Origin: Mobula hypostoma | Lineage: Eukaryota | Length of the DNA stretch: 64,000 bases | Assembly (NCBI RefSeq): GCF_963921235.1 | Contig: NC_086097.1 | Span: forward strand, 58,220,001 to 58,284,000 | Reading direction: 5' to 3' | Part shown: positions 36,305-47,543 of the stretch, piece by piece | How positions within the stretch are numbered: the first letter of the stretch is position 1 | Layout: each line of letters starts with the position of its first letter | Notes under the pieces: generated by a model | What the model was told of the DNA's origin: nothing | Database searches by the model: none | The model's input: the letters and a program-made list of their open reading frames with translations, nothing else | Made by a program: the position numbers and the translations under genes

Positions 36305-39300
36305 TTACCGGTTAAGTCTATCAGGCGGTTGAGTTCGTCGCTGTGATCTACGGAGCACCGGCGGTGATTGCACCGGCGATGGCGGTTGTGCTGGCTCCGG
36401 CCTGACTTCAGGTGTCAGCACGTTAGGCGTCGGTAATCCCTCGTGCGTGTGCGTCGCGCCCGGTATGGGATTGTCGTGTGGTGTCTGTGTAGGGGTTGGG
36501 GTGTGCAGTGTCTCGTGGGTACATATATCAGTGGGTATGGGGTTAATAGTCACCACGGAGTGTTCAGGGTAGGGGCCCGGTGCCCCTGCGGGTGCCAGGT
36601 CACGGATGGAGACCGTGTCCTCCCGCCCATCAGGTAAAACCACGTAGGCATACTGGGGGTTCGCATGAAGTAAGTGAACCCTCTCGACTATCGGGGAGTA
36701 TTTATTGCTCCTCGCATGTTTCCGGAGCAGCACTGGCCCCGGGGACGTCAGCCAAGATGGTAGGGTGGTTCCAGTGGTTGATTTTCTGGGAAAAGAAAAG
36801 AGCCGCTCATGAGGGGTGGCATTGGTGGCCGTGCATAACAGGGAGCGGATGGAGTGGAGTGCCTCGGGAAGGACCTCCTGCCAGCGGGAGACCGGCAGTC
36901 CCTTTGACCTGAGGGCTAAGAGTGTGGCTTTCCACACTGTGCCATTTTCCTTCTCTACCTGTCCATTCCCCCGGGGATTATAGCTCGTGGTCCTACTGGT
37001 TGCAATACCCCTAGCCAGTAGATATTGGCGCAGCTCGTCACTCATAAATGAGGACCCTCTGTCACTGTGGATATAGCATGGGTATCCGAACAGAGTGAAG
37101 AGCTTGGGCAGGGCTTTTATAACTGACGTGGTAGTGGTGTCGGGGCAGGGGATGGCGAAGGGGAACCGCGAGTACTCGTCAATTACGTTAAGAAAGTACA
37201 TATTGCGGTCGGTGGAGGGAAGGGGGCCCTTAAAGTCAACACTCAGTCGCTCAAAGGGGCGGGTGGCCTTGATGAGTTGTGCCTTTTCGGGTCAGTAGAA
37301 GTGCGGTTTGCACTCTGCGCAGACTTGGCAGTCCCTGGTCATCATCCTGATCTCCTCAAGGGAGTAAGGCAGGTTCCAGGCTTTCACGAAGTGGAAAAGC
37401 CGGATGACTCCCGGGTGGCAAAGATCAACATGTAGGGTGAATAGCCGGTCAATCTGCGTGCTGGCGCACATTCCCCAGGATAGGGCATCGGAGGGCTCGT
37501 TGAGCTTTCCAGGCCTGTACATGATGTCATAGCTGTAGGTGGAGAGTTTGATTCTCCACCTCAGAATTTTATCATTTTTGATTTTGCTCCGCTGCTGATT
37601 ATTAAACATGAATGCGACTGAGCGCTGGTCAGTTAGCAGGGTGAACCTTTTGCCGGCAAGATAGTGCCTCCAGTGCCTTACAGCTTCCACTATGGCCTGG
37701 GCCTCTTTCTCTACCGCAGAGTGCCGAATTTCAGGGCCTTGAAGGGTACGGGAGAAGAACACCACCGGTCTTCCCGCCTGGTTGAGGGTAGCAGCCAGCG
37801 CAAAGTCGGAGGCGTCACTCTCTACTTGGAAGGGAATGGCCTCATCCACCACATGCATTGCTGCTTTGGCAATGTCCCCTTTTATGCGGTTGAAGGCCGC
37901 GTGGGCCTCGGCAGAGAGGGGGAATGTGGTGGACTTGACCAGGGGGCGGGCCTTGTCTGCATAGTTAGAGACCCATTGGGCGTAATATGAAAAGAAGCCC
38001 AGGCACATTTTGAGGGCTCTGAGGGTGTTGGGAAGAGGGAGTTCCAACAGGGGGCGCATACAGTCAGGGTCAGGGCCAATGACTCCATTCTCCATGACAC
38101 ATCCAAGGATAGCAAGTCGGGTGGTCCCAAATACACACTTGTCCTTGTTATTGGTGAGGTTGAAAGATTTGGCCGCTTGGAGAAATTTTTGGAGGTTGTT
38201 GTCGTGATCCTGCTGGTCATGACCGCAGATGGTGATGTTATCCAGATATGGGAACGTGGCCTTCAGTTGGCACTGGTCCACCATCCGGTCCATTGTCCTC
38301 TGGAAGACAGATACACCATTCGTGACACCAAAGGGGACGCGCAGGAATTGATAAAGCCTGCCGTCCGCCTCGAAGGCAGTGTAAGGGCGGTCCTCCCGGC
38401 GGATGGGGAGCTGATGGTAAGCGGATTTTAGGTCTATGGTTGAGTACACCTTGTACTGTGCTACCTGATTGACCATATCCGCGATGTCGGGTAGAGGGTA
38501 CGCGTCGAGCTGCGTGAACCTATTGATGGTCTGGCTATCCTATTACCATCCTATTCTTCTCCCCGTTCCGAACAACCACCACCTGCGCCCTCCAAGGACT
38601 TGTGCTTACCTCAATGACCCCCTCCCTGAGCAGCTGCTGCACCTCCGACTTAATGAAAGCTCTGTCCCCTGCGCTGTACCTCCTGCTTTTAGTTGCCACA
38701 GGTTTACAGTCGGGGGTCAGGTTGGCGAACAGTGGTGGGGGAGGGATCCTGAGGGTGGAGAGGCCACAAGTGGTGTCAGTAGTGTGGCAGTTGGCATGAT
38801 GTTGGGTGGGATGTGCGGGTCGGTGTGTGTGTGTGGTCAGTAGCGGGGTACGTGACATATCTCTACAAAACAGGGGATTTATGACAGTAATTGGCGGGAG
38901 GGGCCCATCATACTTCATTGTCACACTTTTCAGGTGGCTCTGGAAGTCCAACCCCAACAGCACAGGGACACACAGTTGAGGCAAGACCAGTAACTTAAAG
39001 TCCCGATATTCTGCGCCCTGCACCATTAGCGTCGCTATACACCCCCCCCGGATGTCTGTTGTATGCGACCTGGAGGCCATGGTGACCCTCTGACTTACCG
39101 GCCGTATCATGAGTCCACAATGCTGCACCGTGGCCGGGTGGATAAAACTCTCTGTGCTGCCTGTGTCAAACAGGCAGCTTGTCCTGTGCCCCTCCACCAG
39201 GATGTCCATCATTGACCTTGCGAGCTGGTGGGGAGCGCTTTGGTCGAGGGTCACGGAAGCCAGGGTGGGGTCGCTGTCTTGGTCCGATGCAGTGGGGTGG

Positions 39301-40283
39301 CCCGTGAGCACCCGTTGGTCGTAGGCGGTGGGAGGTGGCGCCAACCAAGATGGCCGCCCCTATGTCTCGCACGTGGTGGCGGTGTGCAGGGAAGATGGCA
39401 GCCCCCATGTCTCGCACGTAGTGGCAGTGTGCAGGGAAGATGGCAGCAGGGAAGATGGCGGCCCCCATGTCTCGCACGTAGTGGCAGTGTGCAGGGAAGA
39501 TGGCGACCCCCACGTCTCGCACACGGCGCTGCTCGATCCCGCTCGTGGTTTTGACTTACAGACCTTGGTAAAGTGGCCCTTCTTTCCGCAGCTGGAGCAG
39601 GTAGCTTGTCGGGCCGGGCAGCGTTTCCGGGGGTGCTTCTCCAGTTCGCAGAAGTAGCACTTCGCGGACTCACGACTGGCTGCAGCCGAGGTCGATTCGC
39701 CGGCGGGTTGAGGGGTCTGCAGCGCCCACGAGGCCATCGGGGGATCGCGTGCCTGGAGAGTCTCGGAGTTATGCAGTCCGGCCTCTAACATATCAGCCAG
39801 CTCGATCGCCGAACTTAGGGTAAGATCGGCTTTTTCCAGCAGCCGCTGGCGCACGTACACTGACCTGGTCCCCGTAACGAAGGCGTCTCTCAATAGGAGT
39901 TCTGCATTCTGCGCCGCCGTCAGCTCCTGGCAATTGCAGGCCCGCACGTGCGTCCGTAGGGCCTGGACGAACTCAGCACTCGATTCCCCGGACCGTTGTT
40001 GCCGTGTCGCTAAGCGATGCTGAGCATAGACGCTGTTTATCGGCCGCAGGTATTGTCTTTTGAGTGCGTTCATCGCACCGTCGTAGTTCGGCTGGTCTCT
40101 GATCAGCGAATAGACCCGTGGACTGACCCTGGAGAGTAGAACTCTGCGCTTCACTACGGGGTCGGTCGCTTTAATCTCCTCTAGATACGCTTCGAAGCAG
40201 GCCAGCCAGAGTTCGAAAGCATTTCCAGCATCAGGCATGTGCGGATTGAGGTCTAATTTTTCTGGTCTCAGAGCCTGTTCCAT
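36305..40283 (-). pseudogene. Gypsy gag-pol polyprotein with three visible lesions
   Basis: Gag MEQALRPEKLDLNP... with two knuckles (CYFCELEKHPRKRC, CSSCGKKGHFTKVC); PR LFDTGS; RT IDLKSAYHQ, VPFGVTN, YLDN; RH ESDASD, EKEA, TDQ; IN H..CHPG..CQVC, VDFKGP, HSDRG, GNGQVEK. Lesions: TAG at 39360, frameshift near 38540, TGA at 37292. Confidence 0.93.
39347..39522. repeat. 45-bp coding minisatellite between gag and protease
   Basis: About 4 copies of gtgtgcagggaagatggcggcccccatgtctcgcacgtagtggca, encoding CETWGPPSSLHTATT on the minus strand, plus one 15-bp sub-duplication. Confidence 0.9.
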
Positions 40284-40309
40284 GTTTTAAAACGTACAGC
40301 GAATAAAAT

Positions 40310-40535
40310 TGAAGCACCTGTAATTACTCCAAAAGACTTAGGTTTGGTAAAATACTGAAAGGATTTATTCGCTGTACAATACGATCTCCACAGTGAGTGT
40401 CTGCCCCCGGACTGAGGGGGAGGGGCAAGGCGAACACCGTTATACAGGACTCTGTGGGAGGAGCCACAGGGGCAGTCAGCAGAGGGGCGTGTCCAGACAG
40501 GTAACCCAGTTACAACATATATATGGTTTACCACA
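40310..40535 (-). repeat. 5' LTR of inner Gypsy
   Basis: Minus strand tgtggtaaacc...ggtgcttca (TG...CA); an alternative CA end at 40319 cannot be excluded. Confidence 0.88.
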
Positions 40536-43500
40536 CACTGGTGGAGCAGCACGACTACAGGGTCCTCATAGGGGCAGTGGAGTGGTGTTCTGGGCACAGG
40601 CCACCGGCAGAAGCAATGAGAGAAGAACTGGGTAGCAGACAGTGCCATATGGGAGAAAGGCTTGGGCATCTGCAGCAGATCTCTGCCACTGTGCTTATCA
40701 TGGCTACCCCAAGTTCCCTCCCGTGGCCCAGGAAGAGCTTGCCCTTCACCCCTTTGTAAAGGCGCCTACACCACAACACCTTCAGCAGCATGTTTGGCTG
40801 AAATCACCCTCATTGCTGGACGAGGCACTGGCAGAAGTGGAGAGGACAGAAGTAATTTGAGCACAGCAAGCCCTCCCGAGACCTCCAGCAGAATCGCTCC
40901 ATTGTCGCCCCTCCGGGTGGGCTGTTTGGATGAAGAGCAAGGCTTATACATGGACTGCGTGGTGGAGGGCATCAGATGCCATGCGTGGGTGGACACAGGG
41001 TCAACCATTTCTAACACCCGTCCTGGTGTTCTCCCCAACATGGACCAGCCATCCCAGCCTGTGTGGACAATGACGGCATCCAGTTGGCTACGGTCACCAG
41101 TGACTGCGCAGAGATGCGAGGAAAGAGGAGGATGCGCATCGCAGTGGGGGAAAACATAATGGGGCACGAGGTGTGGTGCGCCGACATGCAGGTGTCCTGC
41201 ATCATTGGCCTGGACCTGCTGTCCCACTGAGGATGTGGATGTGCTGGGGGCAACACCCTACCCTGGTGCTGAAGCTGTGGCTCTCCGGCAGGGCAGCTCT
41301 AGGAAACAGACCAGGCGGTAGTGGCAACCATCACCGGTCACCCCAGCGTGGCCCACCATGCCCCTGTCATCAGCAACCGCATTGGCAGCACTACAACGGC
41401 GTCCTCCAACAAGACAGTCCAGACAGTGCAAGAGCTGTGCATGGGAGCTGGGAGGTCTTGGTTCAGGACCAGCAACAACTGAAAAACTCCTGGACCAGCA
41501 CCTTGACATTTCTGCGGCCAGGAAGAGGACTGAAGGTGCACAGAGCTGGTCCAACAACACATCAACACTGGGGATGCCTGGCCCAGTGCAGTCCCGTCAC
41601 CTGGTCCTCACCAAATGCCAGGCAGCAGAGCAGTGGATCAAAGAGATGGCAGTGGCTGGCATCATCCATGGGCAGCCCCAGCAGTGTTGGTCAGGAAGAA
41701 AGATGGGTTGTGGCGGTTCTGTGTAGACTATCACCGTCTCAATGCTGTGACCCAGAAGGACTCCTTTCCACTGCCCCGATTTGATGATGCCCTGGACTGT
41801 ACCGCGAGTTCGACCTGGTTCTGTTCTCTCGATCTCCGCAGTGGCTAGTGGCAGGTCGAACTGGCCTCGGAGGCCTGGCCCAAGACTGCCTTCACCATTG
41901 GTCAAGCGCTGTGGCGCTTCCGGGTAATGCCGTTTGGCCTGTGTAACGCCCTGGCCATCTTCGAGAGACTGATGGAGGGGGTGCTGGCTCACATTCCGTG
42001 GAGCTGCTGTGTTATCTACTTGGACGATCTCCTGGTGCACACCAGTGTTTTCGATGATGCCCTGTGGGACTTGGAAGAGGTCTTTGCTGCCGTCCACCAG
42101 GCGAACTTGCGTCTCAACCACGCAAAATGCTGCTTGCTGCACCACCAGACGAAGTTCCTGGGGCATGTGGTGAGTGCAGAAGGACTGGCAACTGACCCTG
42201 CAAAGGTGGCCCAACCCCTGCAATGTCTCTGAGCTTCGCAGCTTCCTGGGGCTGGCATCATACTACCGTCGGTTTATTAAGGACTTTGCCACCGTTGCCA
42301 GTCCCCTGCACCGGCTTGCCGAGAAGGGAAGGCCCTTCGCCTGGGCTGATACCTGCACTGCCCCCTTCGACCAGCTCCGAGCTGCGCTCACCCAGACCCC
42401 GGTGTTGGCGTACCCCAATGCAGCACGCCCCTTCATTGTTAACGTAGATACCAGCAACGAGAGGCTTGGCACAGTGCTGTTGCAGGAGGGGACCATGGAG
42501 AACATGCTGCGGTGTGCATTAGCCTCACCCTGAGTGGCCCTGAAAGGAACTATTGTGTCACCCGCCGGGATCTTTTGGCCGTGGTCCAGGCCTTCCACCA
42601 CTTCTGCTCCTACCTCTTTGGCTGATGGTTCCTGCCTCGCTGACCAGGCTGTCGAGCTTCCGTGGTCCTGAGGGACAGCTGGAGTGGTGGTTGGAGCCTC
42701 TCCAGGACTATGATTTTGAGATACAGTATCATGCTGGGAGGCACCACGGCAATGCTGACGCCCTTGCTCGCTGTCCTTGTCAGGCCACCAAACATCACTA
42801 CTGTCGCCGCCTCGAGGAGCAAGTGGCGGTGGTGGCGCTTCTGGTGACAGCCGACGGCGAGGTTGCCCTCCCCACTATGGACCCCCAGCGGCTGTGCAGT
42901 GAGCAGGTGAGTGATCCTGTGCTGGCCTGGGTGAGGGGATGGCTGAGCACGGGATGGCGACCGGGGCGGGGGGATGTCTCCGCCCCGAATCCACCGAATC
43001 CAGAGACCAAAGCCCTGTAGGATCAATGGGGCACGCTGGAGGTACATGACAGGTTGCTGTACCGGCAGTGGAAGTCGACAGACACCTCCTGCAGCTGGTA
43101 CTTCTCCAGGGGTTCCATGCCACAGTGCTGCGGTTGGTGCGTGGGCTGAGTGGGGGGGGGGGCGGCCATTTTGGGATGGCAAAGACACTGGCACGGGCAC
43201 TTCTACTGGCCTGGGTACAGGCAGGATGTGGCGCTGTTCATGCACTGCTGCGGTGCTTGCACGTCCCAGAGGAGCTGGGCTGCCAGTCTAAGGAACCAAT
43301 GCAGCAGTACCTGGCTGGGACCCCAATGGGGCGTGTAGGGGTGGACATCCTGGGCCCCTTCCCCTGCATTGGCGCTGGGCACCGTTACATTCTCATCGCC
43401 ATGGATTACTTCACAAAGTGGCCAGAGGCGTAGGTGTTCCTGGACGAGAACACCACCTTCACCACTGAGAGACTCGTGGAGGGGTTCCTATGCTGTTCAG

Positions 43501-44334
43501 CGCCCCTGAGGAACTCCACAGTGACCAGGTGCGCAGGTGTTTAGTGAAGTGTGCAAGTGTCTGGGAGTCAGCAAAATGCGGACCACCCCTTCATCCGCAG
43601 AGCGATGGTCTGGTGGAGCGCTTCAAACATACCCTGGCTACACAGCTTGCCATCCTCATTAGCCAGCACCATTGTGACGGGGACCACCATCAGCCCCTAG
43701 TACCATGGGCATGCCGGGCAGCTGTTCAGGAGAGTACCAGGTGTACGTCGGCTGGGCTCGTGTTCAGCCGGGAGCTGTGCACAGCGGTGGATCTGGTGTT
43801 TGGCCCCCTTCCTCAGCCGGAGACTCCCAGAGAGGCCACTTTGGACTGCCTGCAGCACCTCAGGGGCGCATGTGGGCTGCTCACCATACAGCTCGGCAGA
43901 GCCAAAGTACAACCGGTGGCCACAAAAACGAGCTTATGATGTCCGCAGCCGGGGATAGGACTTTGCTTGGGGGTACCAAGTATGGGTCCACGGCCCCTCC
44001 TGGAAGAAGGGACTATCCCCCCAAGCTGAGAAGCCGCTGGAAGTGGCTGGGAGAGGTGCTCAATTGTATCTCCAATGTTGTATATCAGGTGAGACTGCCT
44101 AAGCAGCAGAAGGGACTGGCTGGCACCATATTGGCCCTTGGCCACCACTGACTGAAGGAAGGAAGTAACGCTCTGGGTGCCCTGCCTCTTGCCTCACCAA
44201 ACAGTGCCTCCCCTGTGCTTGCTCCAGAAACCCCCCAGCGCTCCAGGCAGCAGCAACGACCACCACCAGGACTTCTAGATTTTGTTACGGACTCTGGGGT
44301 TGCCAAGGATGGCTGACCCCTCGGGTAGGGGCAG

Positions 44335-44684
44335 TGTGACACTCTGGGGGGTGGGGTCGTGGTCGGCAGCCCACCCCTGTATTTCTAATGACCAATACTG
44401 TTTAGGGTTCTTGTGTTAAAATGCTTTTGTGGGATTATGGTGGGAAGTTCCAGTTCATTTATTGTTCAATTTTAGCTTGGGTTATACAGTTATTAGCCTG
44501 TGTATTTGTGGGTCACTCTAACTGTAAGCGGGGTGTGTGATGGTCAGCTCCTCTGTCTGTCTGAGACTGAGCTGTTCTCTCTCCGGGTCATGGCACCAGT
44601 CTGTTTTTGTGCTTATCAGAATCAAACAGTTGTTGAGTTTAATGAGCTTCCTCGCCTGTCATTATGGACCAAATGCTTGCCACA
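44335..44684 (+). repeat. 3' LTR of outer Gypsy
   Basis: tgtgacactc...tgcttgccaca; flanks ttat (left of element) and atat (right) suggest a mutated 4-bp TSD. Confidence 0.92.
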
Positions 44685-44784
44685 ATATGTTATATGTTAA
44701 CTAAAATAAACTGTATTCAAGTCTGAAGACTTAAGTGATGTGTTCTATAAGAAAGCAGAAGCTTTGAAATTTGCCGATCTCTTA

Positions 44785-45222
44785 AGGCTGATTTATACTT
44801 GCGCGTCAAACGTACGCTGTCGGTATCGCGTACCCTATGCCGAACCCTATGCCATAGGGTGATGTACACCTCCCCAAAAATGTAACTCACGCGTCGTGGC
44901 GACGCAGACCGTAACAACTGTGATTGGTCCACTTGGTAGCATCGTGTTTCCTCCTACGCATTTCTGGTTGCTTTCCTCCGCCATGTCTGTACACCGATGC
45001 GAAATAAATGGTTGGAGACGATGAACCAAATCGTCAAATCTACCTGCCGACATCCGAAAATATTTGAAATGCATTTCCTCCTCCGTCTCTCACAAAGAAA
45101 CTCAACACAGTGGTAGAAACCCCACCACTAACTAGCGTTTTGGTGGTGAATTGCAGAGCAACGCAGACACAACTACACATACTTGCTACGGCGTAGGGCT
45201 ACGCACAAGTATAAATCAGCCT
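44785..45222 (-). mobile_element. Harbinger/PIF non-autonomous derivative (copy 3)
   Basis: TIRs aggctgatttatacttg / caagtataaatcagcct; flanks TTA and TAA; minus strand [26 protein letters not shown]. Confidence 0.9.
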
Positions 45223-46339
45223 TAAGGGAGCATAATATGAAGCTTCAAACCCTTCATCCTCTGCAGCAAAAAAAAATTGCTTAAGCTATATAAAGATGCA
45301 GAACAGACTGGCTACAATTGTGCTGTAAATTGAAAGCTGCCAGTGCAGTCAGCCTCAGCATACGGACACGAATAGCACAACAATCAGACAACAGTGCTGT
45401 GCTAAAATATTTCATCAATTGTGCATGCAGTTACTTTTCCATTAAATTTGTAAACTACATTTAAGTCTGCTGGTTGGGTTATATGAACATTGAACACTGG
45501 AGAGCTGACTGAATTATGAAGGCTCCAGTAATATTTCAAAGGACACATTATGCTATTTTGGTTATGCATTCTCTTCAAGTTGATCAATGTATAAACAAAC
45601 ATTTTGTAACTAATAGTGATTATATACATGGTAATAGTATAAAGGTTAAATTACTATATAAGTAATCCAGAGGCCTGAAATCACAACCCAGAGAAGCAGA
45701 TTAAATCCTCCCACAACAGCTGTGGAACTTAAAGTCAGTTAAATTGTCTGGATTTTAATAAAATCTTGCTAATAGTAATTAATCACAAAACTTTGGGATT
45801 GGAATTGTTAAAATGCATTTGACTCACTAGCACCCTTCAGAGAAACACATGGAAAGCCGGAGGAACACAGTGGGTCAGGCAGCACGTTCCAGATTCCAGT
45901 ATCTGCATTCCCTTGTGTCACATTTCAGAAAAATATCCGTCACCCTTACCGACTCAAATATGTGACTCCAGACATATCAATGTTGTTGGCTCTTAAAAGC
46001 TCTTTGCATTTTCCATGATAGAGTTGTTCCTCAGATGGTACATATGGAAACTAATTCTCTTCCGACACTTTATCTGTTGTCTGATACTGCAGTTGTGCAA
46101 ATTGATTCAGAACAACCCTGACAAGCTGAAAACGGAGTACCACATGAGGTGTCGTCGGTCATCAGAAGCAACAAAAGTGTATACCACCATTATCTGTATC
46201 CTCATGACCTGTTTCAGAGTTAAAAAAGAAAAATCTCCTGATATTGAAATAGCAGTTAACCAAGAATGATATCAAGTTGCCCTGGTTAATGGACATTATA
46301 AGTAAAAACTTCAAGTAGTCTTTGAAGTGATAACTTGCA

Positions 46340-47080
46340 CAAGGAAGTTGTTGGAGTTTAATCATCACAGTAGGAGTTCCTCAGCATTATCTTAGGCTTA
46401 ACTATCTTGGCTACTTCATCAGTAGCTTTCCTTTGTGAGGTCTGGTGGAAATTGTGCAATATACATTAATAACCACTCAGCACATGAAGTATTCCTTGTG
46501 CTGTCAAATGGTAAGCCACGTGAGTATTATGATCATGCTGGGTAATGTCTATTTCCATCAAAAGGAAGTCTAATCACTTCCCCACGACATTAAATGATGT
46601 CCCCTGCAATCAGAATCCATTGGTACAAGGGTTGGATCAGAGACTGGATATCCTGTGCTGAGTGACTCACTTCCTAATATCCTAAAGCCTTCCTACCATC
46701 TACAAGGCACGTCCAGGAGAGTAGTGGAATAATGTCCACCTGTCTGCATGAGAGCAACTCCAACAACATTCGAGATGTTGAAAACCATCGGACACAAAGT
46801 GGCCTTTGCATCAGGAGCCTGGTTTGCCACCCGGAATATTCATTCTCTCCCCATTGGTACAGAGTTGTTTCAGTGTGTACCAGCTAAAGTGCACTACAGT
46901 TACTCCTCTTGATTACTCCAACCCCACCTTCCAAATCCACAACATTTACCTTCAAGAATATTAACGTCTTCAGGTGCATGGAAGCGTCATATTCATGTTC
47001 CTCTCCATATTGCACAATATCCCGATTTGGAAATAAATCACCATTCATTTGTAGTCACTGGGCCTAAATGTGAACACCTT
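46340..47080 (+). mobile_element. Old degraded LINE RT fragment (clade uncertain)
   Basis: Remnants of GVPQ...LG and YKA..R..VE..P.....ATPTT...L.TI motifs. Confidence 0.55.
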
Positions 47081-47213
47081 CTGAAGAATAATTTCAGTCA
47101 TGATAAAGTGGCATAACATTAATTTTTAGAATGCAAATAGAAACTAGCAAATACATGCATCTTCTCTAATTGCATTGATTCTGAAGAAAAGTTTTATTTA
47201 TGTGATCTATACT

Positions 47214-47214
<1 letters not shown>

Positions 47215-47236
<22 letters not shown>
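47215..47236. repeat. (TG)n microsatellite followed by (TA)n
   Basis: Seen directly. Confidence 0.9.
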
Positions 47237-47244
<8 letters not shown>

Positions 47245-47543
47245 AAATATAATATATTGCTGTAACCTGTCCTCTACAATGTGTTGTACATTCAGAGATG
47301 CTCTTCTGCACACTGGTTATGTAGCACATGGTTATTTGAGTTACTGTTGCCTTCCTGTCTGCTTCAACCAGTCTGGCCATTCTCCTCTGACCTCTCTCAT
47401 TAACAAGGGATTTTTGCCCACAGAATTGCCAGTCACTGGATTTTTTTTTTTGTTTCATCGCAAAATTCTCTAGACATTGTTATGTGTGAAAACTCTTGGA
47501 GATCAGTAGTTTCTGAGATACTCAAACTACCCTATCTGGCACC

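Larger units (their letters stand above)
36020..40535 (-). mobile_element. Young Ty3/Gypsy LTR retrotransposon (inner element) inserted in gag of the outer element
   Basis: LTRs 40310-40535 and 36020-36235 (about 6 substitutions and 2 indels in about 216 aligned bp); PPT aaaaaaggaggggtgaa; gag-PR-RT-RH-IN. Confidence 0.95.
35134..44684 (+). mobile_element. Older Ty3/Gypsy LTR retrotransposon (outer element), degraded
   Basis: TG...CA LTRs 35134-35485 and 44335-44684, PBS, purine tract gggtaggggcag before the 3' LTR. PR (VDTGSTIS), RT (RFCVDYHRLN, MPFGLCNA, YLDD), RNase H, IN (GHFG, VDILGPFP, HPQSDGLVERF) in Gypsy order. Confidence 0.93.

Noticed and set aside
39360..39362. TAG as a programmed gag-pol read-through codon
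   Set aside because: It occupies the TGG (Trp) position of the CETW repeat unit, so a point mutation is the simpler explanation.
39347..39522. Repeat array as a possible CRISPR
   Set aside because: Units are tandem with no unique spacers, lie inside a Gypsy gag-pol frame, and no cas genes are present in this eukaryotic DNA.
41173..44151. Several 100-210 aa alternative-frame ORFs
   Set aside because: Off-frame or antisense products of the GC-rich decayed outer Gypsy pol.
46098..46153. Possible exon LCKLIQNNPDKLKTEYHM; similar candidates near 33750-33865 and 56630-56690
   Set aside because: Weak splice sites, conflicting strands and no recognisable protein; not supportable from sequence alone.
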